Origin: Amoebophrya sp. A120
Lineage: Eukaryota > Protista > Dinoflagellata
Assembly: GCA_905178155.1 (NCBI GenBank)
Contig: CAJINV010000005.1
Coordinates: 4,567,556 to 4,631,555, forward strand
DNA length: 64,000 nucleotides
Direction: 5' to 3'
Shown here in pieces: positions 1 through 12,540 of the stretch. A program made the translations under genes and the position numbers. The notes beneath the pieces were generated by a model. That model worked only from the letters and a program-made list of their open reading frames with translations, was not told the DNA's origin and did no database searches. Each line of letters starts with the position of its first letter. Positions within the stretch are counted from its first letter, which is position 1.

Positions 1-68
1 CTTGGTCGCTTGAACGGTTCTCCCTCGGCACTATCCCGTCGGCAGACGCGCGGCTTCTGGCGCCTTTC

Positions 69-2201
69 ATGCACTGGCGCCCAGCGATCCACGAGGAAGA
101 GTTTCGCGGGGAGACGCGGTTCGGCGTTGTCTTGGAATTGCAGACGCTTCGGGAGTTCGTCCAGTTCTTAGAGGAACACCGGAAGGAAATTCGCGGCAAC
201 ACGGCGGGCGCGCTCGAGAAAGCCAGGCGCATCCTCGCAAAACGCGACCCCTTTCGGGAGATCGCCCACATCCGCGGCAAAAATTTCGGGGACACCTATC
301 TGCTGTGGCTTTGTGGGCTGCATCTTGTTGAAAGGGCTGACGTGGAGGAGTATTTTGACGACCCCGCAGCGAGCATGCGGCGCTGGAATTACCCCGCCCA
401 CCTTGCGGGGTTTGTTTTTCAAAACTTTTTGGATGAACTCACCCAATTGCGGCCGCAGACCGGCCCGCTGACGCTTTTCGTGAAGTACTTCACAAACTTC
501 CAGGCGGAGGCCCGGCAGATTGCATGGCAGTGGCTTGAGGACGAACATGGAATCCCGGCGAAGGTCATCGCGCAGCGGCTCGAGCGCGAAGGCATCGACC
601 GCCACACGATTCGCCAGACCCGCCCGGACGCGGCCACCCACCTGATGACCTTCGGATCCGACCGCGAGCGACGGCAGTACTATGTCGACGCATACCACGC
701 CCGCATCCGCGCAAACCGCCAGGCACACGCGCGGGAGTTCGCAAACCTTCTCCATGGTGCCGACCCGAACGCGATCGAGATGACACCCGGACAGAAAGCA
801 GCCTTCTATGAGTTCATGGACGGCGGCACCGAGACCCCTAACGCGGTCGCCGACGTTGTTGCATGCGACGAAGCTGCCGGGGCCGGCAAGGCCATTCTGA
901 TTCGTGCAATCGAGCTCGCCTCCTACCTTCGGGGCCTTGTCATTATTCTGCTCGCCTCCACCGGGCAGGCCGCCACAATCATCGGCGGCAAGACAATGCA
1001 CGACGGCCTCGGGATGACGATCGAGCTCGAGGACAGCAAGGCTTGGGGGGAGGAGGCGCAAGCACTTGCCGGCGCGGCCGACATTGTTCTGATCGATGAG
1101 GACGCCATGGGTAACGCTGAGTGGTTCGAGACTGGGGAGAAAAAGGTCGGCGATCAGACGCTTCTTTGGATGCAGGCCCTTGGCAAGGCGTCGGGCCGGG
1201 CACGCGCGAAGCCCTGGGGCGCGAAGAAGGTCGGGCTCCTCGGCGACACCCACCAGCTTCCCAGCGTGTTGCGACTCACAAAAGCCACGGACGCCCTTCT
1301 TGCTGGATCGCCGACGCCGTTCGCCCGGTATGTGGAGACCCTCCCACGCGTGCGCTACATCTACACCGACAACGGGAAACACAACCCGCGCTACGACACA
1401 CAGGAATGGAGTGAAGAGCTGGACCCTATTCGAACGGGCGAGACGAAGGAGATCGACCTCACCACCTTCGGGCGGGTCGGCGCTGCGGACGCGGAATACT
1501 CCTACCAATGGCTTGGGGAGCGTGTTCGCATTGGTGGCGGCGTCGATGCCCTGAACAAAGTGGAGATCGTTGTCGGCACCCATCGCGAACGCCGCCGGGT
1601 TCTCGGGGTGCGCGCGCGGGCTTTGCGTTCCCTGCGGGTCGCGTGCCGCACATACAAACCCCTGATGCTCAACATGCAGAATCCATTGCTTGAAGGCTTC
1701 GAGACCGAAGAATCGACACGGTCGGAGGCTCTGGAGCTCTTCATCGGTGAGCGCGTCGCCCTTACGGGCCCACTCAGATTATTGCAACGCACATACGCGA
1801 CCAACTCCCGCGGCATCCTTCGCGGGTTCGGCGACACTTTCGTCCTTGTGCGATTTGACGACACAGGGATGGAGGAAGAAGTGCCGCTCAACAGTACCTG
1901 GGAAGAAGACGTGGACGCGGATCCGGGCGCGCGCTGGTTGGTTTTGGCGATCGGGGTCCGTGCCAGCGTGGTCAGCACGATCCACAGCTTCCAGGGGCGC
2001 ACGGTTGCCCTCGGTATCCTTTACGTGATTTCCGTCGCAACCATCTGGGTACTCCATGGGATCGCCTTCACCATGCTCAGCCGGCCGCGAAGTCGCAGCC
2101 AGGTCGCGCTTTATCGCGAGGACGGGGTCACGACGTTAGAGAACTACGTCGACCTTGCGACGTTTGGACTACCGCGTCCGCGCGTTAGATGGTTCCCGTA
2201 A
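69..2201 (+). CDS. Pif1/SF1B-type DNA helicase, probably the C-terminal part of a Helitron RepHel protein (frame open upstream to the window edge)
   Basis: Motifs AAGAGKA (Walker A-like), LASTGQAA..GGKTMH, VLIDE, LLGDTHQLPSV, STIHSFQG, HGIAFTMLSR. Intronless, GC-rich, opposite strand to all host genes; no stop codon in frame from position 3. Confidence 0.85.
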   Translation: MHWRPAIHEEEFRGETRFGVVLELQTLREFVQFLEEHRKEIRGNTAGALEKARRILAKRDPFREIAHIRGKNFGDTYLLWLCGLHLVERADVEEYFDDPAASMRRWNYPAHLAGFVFQNFLDELTQLRPQTGPLTLFVKYFTNFQAEARQIAWQWLEDEHGIPAKVIAQRLEREGIDRHTIRQTRPDAATHLMTFGSDRERRQYYVDAYHARIRANRQAHAREFANLLHGADPNAIEMTPGQKAAFYEFMDGGTETPNAVADVVACDEAAGAGKAILIRAIELASYLRGLVIILLASTGQAATIIGGKTMHDGLGMTIELEDSKAWGEEAQALAGAADIVLIDEDAMGNAEWFETGEKKVGDQTLLWMQALGKASGRARAKPWGAKKVGLLGDTHQLPSVLRLTKATDALLAGSPTPFARYVETLPRVRYIYTDNGKHNPRYDTQEWSEELDPIRTGETKEIDLTTFGRVGAADAEYSYQWLGERVRIGGGVDALNKVEIVVGTHRERRRVLGVRARALRSLRVACRTYKPLMLNMQNPLLEGFETEESTRSEALELFIGERVALTGPLRLLQRTYATNSRGILRGFGDTFVLVRFDDTGMEEEVPLNSTWEEDVDADPGARWLVLAIGVRASVVSTIHSFQGRTVALGILYVISVATIWVLHGIAFTMLSRPRSRSQVALYREDGVTTLENYVDLATFGLPRPRVRWFP

Positions 2202-2497
2202 GTTCCCTACCCCTCTGCGCCCTTATGAGTATGCCGATCAATTTACTATTTTATTTCTTTTTTAGTGCTTCACTGCTAGCCCTTTCCTGGTATTTTGCCC
2301 CCGGGCCAGGCGCATGCTTTTCATTCCCACCCCTTGAAGGAAGTACTCCCAAAGCCCCCCCCGTTGATCGAGTTCGCCGCTAAGCCTTCGCCTTTATTTT
2401 ATTTGTCTGATACCCCCCCCGGTCTTTTGTCTTGCTTCTCTTGATGTATTTGCTTGGTGCTGCACCAGGTCCCTAACACAATAGGCCGAACCACACA

Positions 2498-2603
2498 AAC
2501 AAAGAAACCAAAAGAAACCACTGACCCGCTCTGTTTGCCCTTTTGTTGTGAACAAAGAAACCAAAAGAAACCACTGACCCGCTCTGTTTGCCCTTTTGTT
2601 GTG
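2498..2603. repeat. 53-bp tandem duplication
   Basis: AACAAAGAAACCAAAAGAAACCACTGACCCGCTCTGTTTGCCCTTTTGTTGTG at 2498 and 2551. Confidence 0.9.
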
Positions 2604-2709
2604 CGCCATCCGAAGAACACGCGCCGAGAAAGAATCTGCCACCCTGGTCACAGGCTGGCCAGCAGGTCGTGGCTGGCAATCTGGCCCCGGTGTGTTTTCG
2701 CTTTTCTTT

Positions 2710-3300
2710 GAGGTCTGAGATGTAAGACCTGAGCTCTGAAGTCCGAGGGGTGGCGTTTGCGACGTGATGCCTGAGATCTGGGAGTCGGGCTCCGAGGTTG
2801 GTTCGAGAGGCTCGAGGGCTGAGATTCGTGGTCTGAGATTCGAGGTCTGGGATTCGAGATCTGAGACCCGAGCGATGAGACTCGAGATCTGAGACTCGAG
2901 ATCTGAGACTGGGCTCGAGATCTGAGACTCGAGATCTGAGCCTCAAGATCTGGGATGCGAGATCTGATCTCTGAGATTTCAGATCTGAAGACTGAGACAT
3001 GAGGCGTGAGATCTGAGATCTGATCGCAAGTCTGCAGATTTCAAATATGAAAGTTTGAAACTTGAAAACTTGAAAGTTGAAAACCTGAAACTCCAAATTT
3101 TGAAACTTGAAAATTTGAAATTTGAAAACGTGAAACTTGAAAAATTGAAAACTTGCAATCTGAAAACTTGAAATCTGAAAACTTGAAATCTGAAAACTTG
3201 AAATCTGAAAACTTGAAATCTGAAAACTTGAAATTTGAAAATGTGAAATTGAAATGTTTGAAAGTGTGAAATTGAAATGTGCAAATGTGAAATTTGAAAT
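2710..3300. repeat. Two adjacent degenerate microsatellites: (GAGATCT)n then (TGAAAACT/TGAAATC)n
   Basis: 7-bp GAGATCT-like units ~2710-3030; 7-8-bp units (15-bp GAAATCTGAAAACTT) ~3040-3300. Confidence 0.9.
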
Positions 3301-3582
3301 GTCATATTTGCATTTGACGGATCCGGTTTGTCAAATCTGTTTTTGACGGATCCGGTTCTCGCTTCTCGGATATTCGACTCGAACTCTCCTCAGCTCGCAA
3401 CTAGAACTATAGGGTCGGCCGAGCACCCAACATGCAGATGATTCGTTTTCTACTTATCGCTTACTGGGCCCCAGCGCTGTGATCAGTCTTCTCCTGTCCA
3501 GTTTATTCTCCTTCGTGGTAAGTATTTTCGTACGCCCAGCAACGCACAAGTGGTTTTCACCAACTACTTTTACATTCTTATG

Positions 3583-6500
3583 TCACGCCAGCGCCTCCCC
3601 CACGGTTCGACTCACGACGACCTGCCTCACCTCCAGACTATGAAAAAAGTAGTGGAGGAGCCTGTCGGGGAGAAATCTGGGGTGAAGATTAAAGTAAAAC
3701 TCAGTGAAGTCGTGGAATTTCGATTTATTTGCATCACTTGTTCTCGGGTAGTCTTTATTGTCCTTTGCGCTTCCAAAGTCGTGCTCTTCTTGCTGGAGTT
3801 GTTCATCAGCCTCTTCCTCCAATATCTGGTGGTCGAAAATCCGAAAAAAACCACTATTCCTGTTGATTTGCTCCCTACTCGTCCGGTGCTGTTTCCTCCT
3901 CTTGATTTTCATTTTGCACGACGATGTTCTTGCCGCACTGGCGGTCCTCTGGTGTTCTTGCCTGCCCGTCTGATCCTGGTCCTCGCGGGATGATGCAGCG
4001 TTTTTCGGTGCTGGAACTGCTGGTGCATCTGCTTCTACTTGCGTTTTATTTCCGATAAAAATTCCACCGAATTGCTCCCGTTCTAATTTCTTCTCCGCAG
4101 CAAGAAACGCATCCAACATCCGGATCTCTTTATTGTCATCTCTTACTCTTTCATCCACATGATCTCTAGCTTGCGGCTTCGCACCATTTATTTCAGCTAT
4201 TTGCTCCACTTCTACTGCATCCGATGGATGATATGTTGCCCTGCCGCTGTCAGCACGGGTCTTGCTCATGATCGTAGCCACCCGTCTTTCCAAAAATTTT
4301 CGCAACGTCATGTAATAGAGTCTCCGGATATGCAACGTAAATTTCCCGTTGATGTAAAAAATGCATGATAAACTTCACCAATTTGGAGTGTAACACTTGT
4401 CATGCTAAACTAGGACTGATGCTCAGTTTTGTCATGCAGAAGCCACATTTGAATTTGTACGTCGTGTACAGGAAATTTATTGTGGATATCGAAGTTCGTG
4501 AAATTCTGGGAACGTCAACCCCTTTATGCATTGCAAAAGTATCGTACTCGTATAAATGCATTACAAATTTCCCCAGCATGAGAAATAAAATTTGTAATGC
4601 GGATTTACCTTAAGAACAAGATTTGTAATGCAAGTCTTGCATATATACGAATACGATACTTTTGCACAGGATACCCTTCAGCAGCAGTTGAAACACCTGA
4701 AAGCCCGCGCCGGTTATGGCGTTCTCAAACGTTACACTCTCAGCTGTTACATGAATTTTTAATGCAAGACTAGCACAGGTGAGAGGGAGACCTCCCTTGC
4801 GCGTCTTGCATGACAGGTTTGGTGCGGATTACAGTGCTATTTAGCCCTCCGGGAATTTGTCATGCGAAGCAGCTTGATAGTCTGGCGGGTCATGGTCATT
4901 TTGCATGACAAATCATGTAACAGTTGAGAATGTAACGTTTGAGAGCCCCATACCGGTGGTAGATTCCTTGTGTTCTTCTGGAAATGTGGCCGCGGCACTT
5001 CTTCTGGGCAGGTGCAGATCGGTTGTCGCATGAAGAAGATGACCTTCGTGAAGATGTTCGTCACCGTCCGCAAGAAATCGCACCGCGTTTTTCAACACAT
5101 GCGGGTAGTCAATGTGCAAAATGACTTATGAGAGTGCACAAGGACTCCCCCGTCCCTTCATTTGTGACGCAAAAACCCAAATCCAAGTGCTTCCCTGTGG
5201 CACTGCTTGCACGACAGATTCCGGACGAAGCCAAAACAGTACTACACGAGGCGCATGAATTTGTCATGCACAGGGTCCACGTCTGGTGGTGTTTGTATTG
5301 GTGTTCATGCAAAAGTACAAATGAGGGGGAGGCGGTGTGCACTCTCATATGACCTGTCGCACGGTGGAAGTCGGGCCAAACAAGTACTCTTTCGCGCCGT
5401 ACAAAATCCGGTGCTCCAGCTTCCCCACAACGTGGATTTTCAGGATGGTGTGCTTGTTGTGTTTGTCGTCACTGTAGTCTTCTTGTTGTTCTTCACGGCG
5501 CTTGATGTTCAGTGTGGGAGTTCTTCGTGTACTTGTTCCTGTGCTAGGCTTGCCTGGTGCTGGTGTCCTTTTGTTACTTGTGCGGGGTCCGCTACCACCA
5601 CTACGTGGTGGTCCCAACAACAACTGGTCCAGAGTCTTGACGTACCAAGAAGGCGCAGCGTCTCGTCGCTCTTGTCCTGTAGTATCTGATGAACCATGAC
5701 CACCTGGCCCATAGTCCTCACCCGCCGTGGCGTAGTTTGTATTCTTGTCCATCATGCCTAAATGCAATCCGCTGACCCCATCGGTAATCGCCGCCAGCCG
5801 CACCCCGCTATCATGCTGCAAAAGTATCGTACTCGTAGTAGAAATCGCGATTATGCATAAATGCAAATCGACGTCGCAACCGCAAGGCAAATCAGCATGA
5901 CACATTCCATTGATTTGGAATTTGTCATTCTGAGAAAGTTAAGTTTGTAAATTCGCAATTTCTACTAGCAGTCCCAGCACGAAGATATGATCTTGCAAGT
6001 CGTACCCGACTTTGTCCGCGAACTTGTCGTTCAGAAAGATGCTTTTTCTGATCCCGTCGACGATCTTTTGGTCGATGTCAAAACCGAAGGAAGTAGCGGT
6101 GACTTTATTTTTGGTCAAAGACAATTTCGTTTTTTTATCTTTTTATGAACTGCAAAAGTATCGTACTCGTATAAATGCATTACAAGTTTCCTCACCATGA
6201 GAAAAAAAATTTGCAATGCGGATTTGACTCAACAAAAAGATTTGTAATGCATGATTGCAATACGAATACGATGCTTTTGCACAGGATACTTTTCGACGCA
6301 CAGCAATCTTTTCCAAACTGTCCACAAAGGCCACGGCCCAAAGCATGCAATCTCCGTAGTGCGGCCCCACTTCGATCAACTCTAACTGCTTTATTTGATG
6401 CGGGAGGTGGTCGACTTCGTCCACGAGGCCTTTTCCTTTTCGTTCGTGCTGCTGAAGTTGTCTTCCATTCTCTTGTTCAGATTCCAGAGATGGTAGTCCA

Positions 6501-9500
6501 TCCAGCGGCGATGTTGAGTACTCACCTGCAGTTCGAGTCGACGAAGTGATCTTCACCTCGTCGTCCCTCGCCGCCATCCCACTTGTTTTCAGCCGCAAGT
6601 ACATTTGCAAGACCGCATCTTGGCATTCCCGCGGGCAATACGGTGTGTTTTTGGCACGGAGCGCGGAGGCGACGACGCCGTGGAAGGTGAGGTAGTATCA
6701 AATGCAAAAATGTCTGGGTCTGGAAGAATCCAACTTGTCATGCTGATTTTGGATTCTAAAAAAATCTGTATTGCATGAGCAGCAAAGAGAGTCCAAGTTT
6801 TGCTGTACGGAAAGAGCATTTGTCATGCGGTATAGCCATCAGGAAGCCCTCGCAAAATCTGTGATGCTAGGGCATGCATCACAGAGATCAGGAGTCATGA
6901 AAAATGTGCATGACAAACCTGGCAATCTTCCAGACCCAGACATTTTTACATCTGATAGGTAACGGGGGAAGACGACTTGAAAGTAGGTATGTTTCTTGTG
7001 GTATCAAATGCAAAAATGTCTGGGTCTGGAAATTTGTGATGCTGGGTGGCGTATCACGATGAGGCCACAAGTGCTGGCCCAGCATGACAAGTTTCGGAGC
7101 CGCTAGGTGTTGCCTATTCTGCATGACAAACTGCGTTTCTGCATGACAGAAAAATGGGGCTCTTGGGCAACGTGCATGACAGATTCAAGAGCCATGCCAG
7201 ACAAGCATGACAGACATGCATTCTTCCAGACCCAGACATTTTTACATTTGATATGTGGGCTGCGGCAGTGTTCATCTTGGACGGTAGTTGTATCTTATCG
7301 CCGTGATGTTCTTCTTCTTCATCCACCCCAACTACCTGATTGTGATTGTCATCTACTTTCCCTTCTAGTTCTGTTGTGGCCAGAAAAATCCTTCTCCACC
7401 ACGTTTCCAACCTCTGGCTCCAATGCTGCCGGCCCTCGAACTTCCGGTTTTTTTGCAAGACCTCGTTCTTGATTGGTTTGGGAATGGTGTATTTGAAACT
7501 GTTTTTGCTGTGCATCATCTCCTCTTCCTGGTGTTTCATCATCCCGGATGTTGCTGCAGTTGCGCTTTTCGCTTCACCTGTTTCTACTGCGTCCTCAGGA
7601 GTTTTTATGGCAGTTGTCGCAGCAGTCGTCAAGCTGCTCCTGTTACCCGAATGCGAATCTACTTCGCCATCTTCACCACTGTCACATATTGATGATGAAA
7701 GAGTGTCAGCATGATCTTCTTCCGGAGTAGACGCGTCTTCGGTTGTTTCCGTGCCACTAGCTTGATGTTCAATCACAGCAGAAGATCCGGTCGTGTCGCT
7801 GGCCAACAACGCCTGCGCCCGGTGAAAATCCGGACTCAGCTGAGGCACTGCCTGGATTTCCACCACTTGGTGTAATTGGAACTGCGCCAGGATTTCCCAA
7901 AAGAACCACTTGTCGACCAGCAAATGCGGGCTTTCCTGGAATTTTTGCTGAATAAAAGTGAGCACGTCCTGCACGTCCGGCAGCCACAAATGCCGCAGGT
8001 TTCGCATTGCAAGGGAAAATCCCCCCACCTCCCCATAGTGAACGCATTTTGTCCTTCCGAAAATTTGTGATGCAGATTTGTGGCCACAAATCCTGTCTGT
8101 CTTGCCAGAAGGCAAACCCAGGGAGTCCGCCACGATATGCAGGCAGCTTGTAATGCTGCAAGGCCAACAAGAAAGACACCTGCCACGCTAAGCCCCTAAT
8201 CAACCAAAAGCCCCCCCTCAGGCTTGCGATCTGGGCGCAGTGCTTTCCTGCAAGACAAATGTGATTTGTGTACACAAATCCCGCATCACAGGTTTCCGTT
8301 TCGATATGGGGAGGGAGGATTTTTCATTTTGATATTTCGCGCCGCAAACACAACCTCGTTTGCCTGCTTCACCCGTAAACTGAGATTCGCCAAGTGGCTC
8401 AATGCGTACGGAAGACAGAGGTCGAAATCTTTCTTCGTCAGAAATATGGGGCGCTCAAACGTTACATTCTCAAATGTTACATGATTTGTCATGCAAAAAC
8501 GCTATCACTTTTCACAATTTCAAACCTTCTCCGCATGACAAGTTCTCGACACGCTAGATAGCATTGTAATCTGCTCCAAACCTGTAATGCAAAAGGAGCA
8601 ACCTCGTCCTCGTCCCTTTCACTTTTGCCATTCCTGCATTACAAATCTCATGTAACAGTTGAGAATGTAACGTTTGAGAGCCCCATAAGAAACTCGCCGA
8701 AGCCCTGGCCTTCCGACGTGATCCGGGAGAGCGTGAGGTCCAGCTCCCTGAAGCGGTAGCGATGGTTGCAGTAACTGGCTGGACCTGGTGGACGAGGAGC
8801 GCCTGTAGTTGCCGGGAGAACTTCATTATGAAGAAGTAGTGAATTTGCGGGCAGGTGAAGGTCTTCGTACATCCAGCTCTGAATGTCGTGCTGATAGAAG
8901 TCTTTGGCGACGGCTATTGCTCTACTACTTGCCGCAGAAGAATCATTTGTTCCATTGTCATTGCCAAGCTGGTTGTTCGCCATCTCCTCGTCATCGTGGG
9001 CCAGCTCTTTCGTTTGAAGATTTTTAGATGATGGGCCGGCATTTCCGCCGCGGCGGCCATTATTTTCGATTTCGCCGTGCGTAGAAGTGCTGCTATCGAC
9101 ATTGTGTCCGTAGCGACCCACGCTAATATCTTCAGAAGTTTTTATTCCATGACCCTGCCGGAGCCCACGGTCGTGGTCTGCTTGTTCTCCACCCGCAACA
9201 TCCTGCTCAAATTCCCGCACAATGCCGTCGTGCAACTCCGTCCAGGTTGGCCAGAAATCCACCTTCTCACTGACACTCCGATCGTTTGCTGTTCCCTGCT
9301 GGTCGCGGTTGCCTTGCCCAGCAAGCGACGACGACGGCGCACCAGAAGAAGTCGTCGCGCCCATCTTATTTGTGAAGTGAAGATCTGACGAGGTGCTGCT
9401 GTCACTGTCGCTGTCCAAAGAATTCTCGCTGCTACCACCGTCCTCGTCTCCGGGAGTAGTTTTTGCATGGTGGTGAAATCTATCAAATGCAAATATGTTG

Positions 9501-10990
9501 TGTGGGTCTGGAAGGATGCAAACTTGTGACGCAGCGGCCTTTCGATCCTACAAAAATCTGTATTGCATGAGCAGCCAGCCAATCCAGTTCTTGCCCCGCG
9601 CAGAGGGCATTTGTCATGCGGTATAGGCATCAGGAAGCCCTCACAAAATCTGTGATGGAGGGGCATGCATTACAGACATCCTGGGTCAAGGTCATGCAGA
9701 ATGTGCATGAGCAACCGTGCATCGTTCCAGACCCAGACATATTTGCAATGCATAAAATCCGTACGTGTTCCAGGTCAGATGCGTCAGCGGGTACTGAAAA
9801 GCGACGCCGGCCTTCCTGTCGAGGCTCTTCGCCGGCTCTTCTTGCAGCGAACTGACGGCCAAGGCCGTCTTCAAATTTGTGTGCAGCATCACTGTATCCT
9901 GTGCAAAAGTATCCCATTCGTATAAATGCAAGTCTTGCATATACAATTTTTTTTCTTATAAAGTAAATCAGCATGACACATTTTATTTCTCTTTCTCATG
10001 CTGAGAAGATAATTTCAATTTGTCATGCGATATATACGAGTACGATACATTTGCAGTTCGTACACTGTCGCGGTCGACGCGTATCGTGCCATAATGGCGG
10101 ATAACAACCCGAACACCGGCCAGGAAGGTGAGTCCTGTCGGTGGTCGTGCAACCGGTGAGGGGAGTCTGAGTCATAATGTGTAGCCGTGTCTTGTTCTAC
10201 AGCGACGTCCTCTTCACCTGGACCCGCAAGCCGTCCTATCGCGAGCTGTGCCCAAGTTGTGGAGGGGGCAGCAATTCCAGCGCTGGACGACGAGTCCCCA
10301 ATCCTCGTCGCCTTGTTCATCTTCAGGAGCCCATGATGTCGTCCATAGTCCATCACGTGTCGCACCACCTCGATGAACACATTCGCATTGTGGCTCAGGG
10401 CAGACCTCGTAGTTCCATGGTCTACAACTTCTGCGTGGACTTCCTGCTTCCGCCGCCGACGAAAAAAATCGGCCGAGAACAGAAGTGAAAGTGAATCTTC
10501 ATGCGCTTCCTGGTACTGTTCATCACGAAGAGCAAGTATATTCTCATCCTCGTTCCCGCGTTCAGTTATTTCCTCAAAAAACGTCCGTGTTTGGTTCACC
10601 ACCATACGAAGTTCCTGTCTCGGGAGGAACAGAAAGCTGGACAAGAGCAACGAAATCTCACCCAGGAAGCAGGAGCTGGTGCTGTCGTGCAGCTGGGACG
10701 TAGTCTGCAAATGGTGTGCAGAGGTCGGCGAGAAATAACTGGTGGCCTTGCCTCCAGATGTGGTTCTCGTTGTGCCAGCACCGTGGTCGGAGATCTTCTC
10801 GTTTAGGCCACTGGAGGTAGTTTTGTTCGGACCGGTATTTTTAAACTTCTGCCCTTGTTCAGGTAAAGCTCCGTCTTGGCCGCCGGCGGCTCTCGCGTCG
10901 CCTCGCGCCCGTAGCAGCTCCTTCGGTTTTCTGTCTAGCAGGCGGCGGCTCTGCCTGGCTGTTTTGTTACATCGCCATGGTAAAAAAAAG
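3583..10990 (-). CDS. Multi-exon gene of unknown function with 12 introner introns; may extend upstream through GT-AG introns
   Basis: ORF blocks 10015-10710, 8648-9418, 7114-8133, 5345-5905, 3583-4335 alternate with elements; tested junction VRQV|ILHIDYPH across 5127-5349 is in frame. Confidence 0.65.
4329..4488. mobile_element. Introner family E (degenerate)
   Basis: TATGCAACGTAAATTTCCC...GGAAATTTATTGTGGATA; reverse-complement relative of 29175-29325; TSD decayed. Confidence 0.7.
4525..4673. mobile_element. Introner family B
   Basis: TATGCATTGCAAAAGTATCG...CGATACTTTTGCACAGGATA; TSD CCCTT. Confidence 0.9.
4715..4952. mobile_element. Introner family C
   Basis: TATGGCGTTCTCAAACGTTACA...TGTAACGTTTGAGAGCCCCATA; TSD CCGGT. 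Confidence 0.9.
5127..5349. mobile_element. Introner family D
   Basis: TATGAGAGTGCACA...TGTGCACTCTCATA; TSD TGACT/TGACC. Confidence 0.9.
5809..6004. mobile_element. Introner family B (degenerate)
   Basis: Left TIR TATCATGCTGCAAAAGTATCG; TSD CCCGC/CCCGA. Confidence 0.7.
6144..6288. mobile_element. Introner family B
   Basis: TATGAACTGCAAAAG...CTTTTGCACAGGATA; TSD CTTTT. Confidence 0.9.
6696..6957. mobile_element. Introner family A (262 bp)
   Basis: TATCAAATGCAAAAATGTCTGGGTCTGGAA...TTCCAGACCCAGACATTTTTACATCTGATA; TSD GGTAG/GGTAA. Confidence 0.92.
7002..7253. mobile_element. Introner family A (252 bp)
   Basis: Same ~30-bp TIR; TSD TGTGG. Confidence 0.92.
8005..8334. mobile_element. Introner, single-copy family F
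   Basis: Imperfect IR GAAAATCCCCCCACCTCCCCATA / TATGGGGAGGGAGGATTTTTC; TSD TTTCG. Confidence 0.7.
8445..8687. mobile_element. Introner family C
   Basis: TATGGGGCGCTCAAACGTTACA TIR; TSD AGAAA. Confidence 0.9.
9481..9754. mobile_element. Introner family A
   Basis: A-type TIR; TSD AAATC. Confidence 0.88.
9895..10062. mobile_element. Introner family B (reverse orientation)
   Basis: TATCCTGTGCAAAAG...TTTGCAGTTCGTA; TSD CACTG. Confidence 0.88.
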
Positions 10991-11389
10991 CTGTGGGCTT
11001 TGTTTTAATTACGCAAGAAGTAGTCGGTCGTGTTTTCGTTTTCAAGGTACTATCCTTTTTTCAGTCTGCATCAAAAGAACTCACACATGTTGCATCAGAT
11101 CAAAACTTGTTCTTTTTTTATTTCTTTCTTGGAAGGCCAACAGAATTGAAATTTCTTACCCTATCCGCACCTCCTGCCACAGCTTTCCCAGGGTAACCAG
11201 CTCCCGTTATCCAAGTGAAAAATCTACCCCGTCACCCTAACTATAATTTCGAAGGAGTTGAGTTGATGCGACATTCACTACCTGTGCGTACTTCATGTTC
11301 ATACACAAAAAAAAATAGGTACTACGTTGTGGTAGTATTACGTCCAGCAGGGTTTCCTCGGCAAGACAAGAGAAAACAAGGTCTGAAAA

Positions 11390-12540
11390 TTACTTACGTG
11401 CCCCATACGCTTTATTCTCCTGCCTTTGCCAAATAACGCGGGCGCGTCGATGGTCAAGAAGATGCACCACGACGCGTACGTGCGGCCGCACTAGACGCAA
11501 CAAGTGCAGCTTACCATCAAAAGATAGGGGGTACGGATGTTGACTACCACAGTCGGTTTTATTTTCTTCCATACTCGCGCTTCGTTGTTTACCGCGTACA
11601 AGTGCGAAAAATCCACCCCCTGGAACTGAATCAAGATATCGGTCAGCAAACCGAGCCAAATCATACTTACGTTCGCGACATTTTTGCGTCAACACTCAGC
11701 ACCGGAAAACAAGAAAAACACGTACTTACGTTCACACGGTGGCATCATGTTGTTGAGCATGACAGATATTGGTATCCCATGCGCATGCTGGCATCGGTGC
11801 CTGACCAGAAGTTGTTTTGCCCATCATACAAGAACTTCCGGAAATCCGCCCAGGTTTTCAGAGTGGTTTGCTCCCACGCAAGAAATTCTTGCAAGGAAAT
11901 CGTCAATGGATCGATTTCCGTCTCGTGTGCCTTATCTGCCCGTGTCGCTCCTGGTACTTCGTACTGCTCGTGCTGCTCGAAAGTCCTCCTCGAGGCGACC
12001 GTCTTCTGGCTCGTCTCAAAAATGGAGCCCTGGCAAGAGGAACGACCCATAATACCGAGAGAACCTGTGACCAAACCAGCTGACGCGACCACTACCGCCG
12101 GGAGAAGATGAAACTCAGGAGTAGCGCTAGCCCGTCGTCGCCCAAGAACGCGGCTAAGGACGAAAAGAACAACCCAACAAGGGGCAGAAAGATTGACGAG
12201 CGCTATTCTCCCGACGTTTACCATGATTTGTAGTTGCAGTGGTCAACGCGATAGCATTGGAAAACTTTTAGTACACAAACAAAAAGCGCGGACGCTAGAA
12301 AGGCTTCGCAGAAAGTCAACGTGCATAAACAAAGTAAGAGACAGGAGCACACTATCAAAAAGAGAGCCTGCGAAATATAAAAAAATAAAAAAACGAAGGT
12401 TGTGCGACGGTCCAATGCTGAAGCGCCATTTTGGTAAAGGAGCACTCGCTTGTGTCCGCTGGTGCCCGTACTTGTAGAATTCTTCCTTGATCGTGTTCTC
12501 TGAAGATATTTTCGGCTGGTGTTCTAGATTGATGATCCTT
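11390..12540 (-). CDS. Probable exons of an unknown gene with canonical GT-AG introns and no introners
   Basis: ORF 11745-12224 plus short coding-like blocks; minus-strand GTAAG donor-like sites near 11397, 11514, 11729. Structure not resolved. Confidence 0.35.

Larger units (their letters stand above)
1..3400 (+). mobile_element. Putative autonomous Helitron-like element, 3' portion (right boundary not resolved)
   Basis: Pif1-like ORF followed by stacked tandem repeats, as is common in Helitrons. No unambiguous hairpin+CTRR end found. Confidence 0.55.

Noticed and set aside
168-1583. 471-aa minus-strand ORF
   Set aside because: Antisense shadow of the GC-rich helicase ORF; no motifs.
3312-3404. 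GACGGATCCGG repeats and CTAG at 3401 as the Helitron 3' end
   Set aside because: CTAG is followed by A rather than T and has no clear adjacent hairpin; boundary left unresolved.
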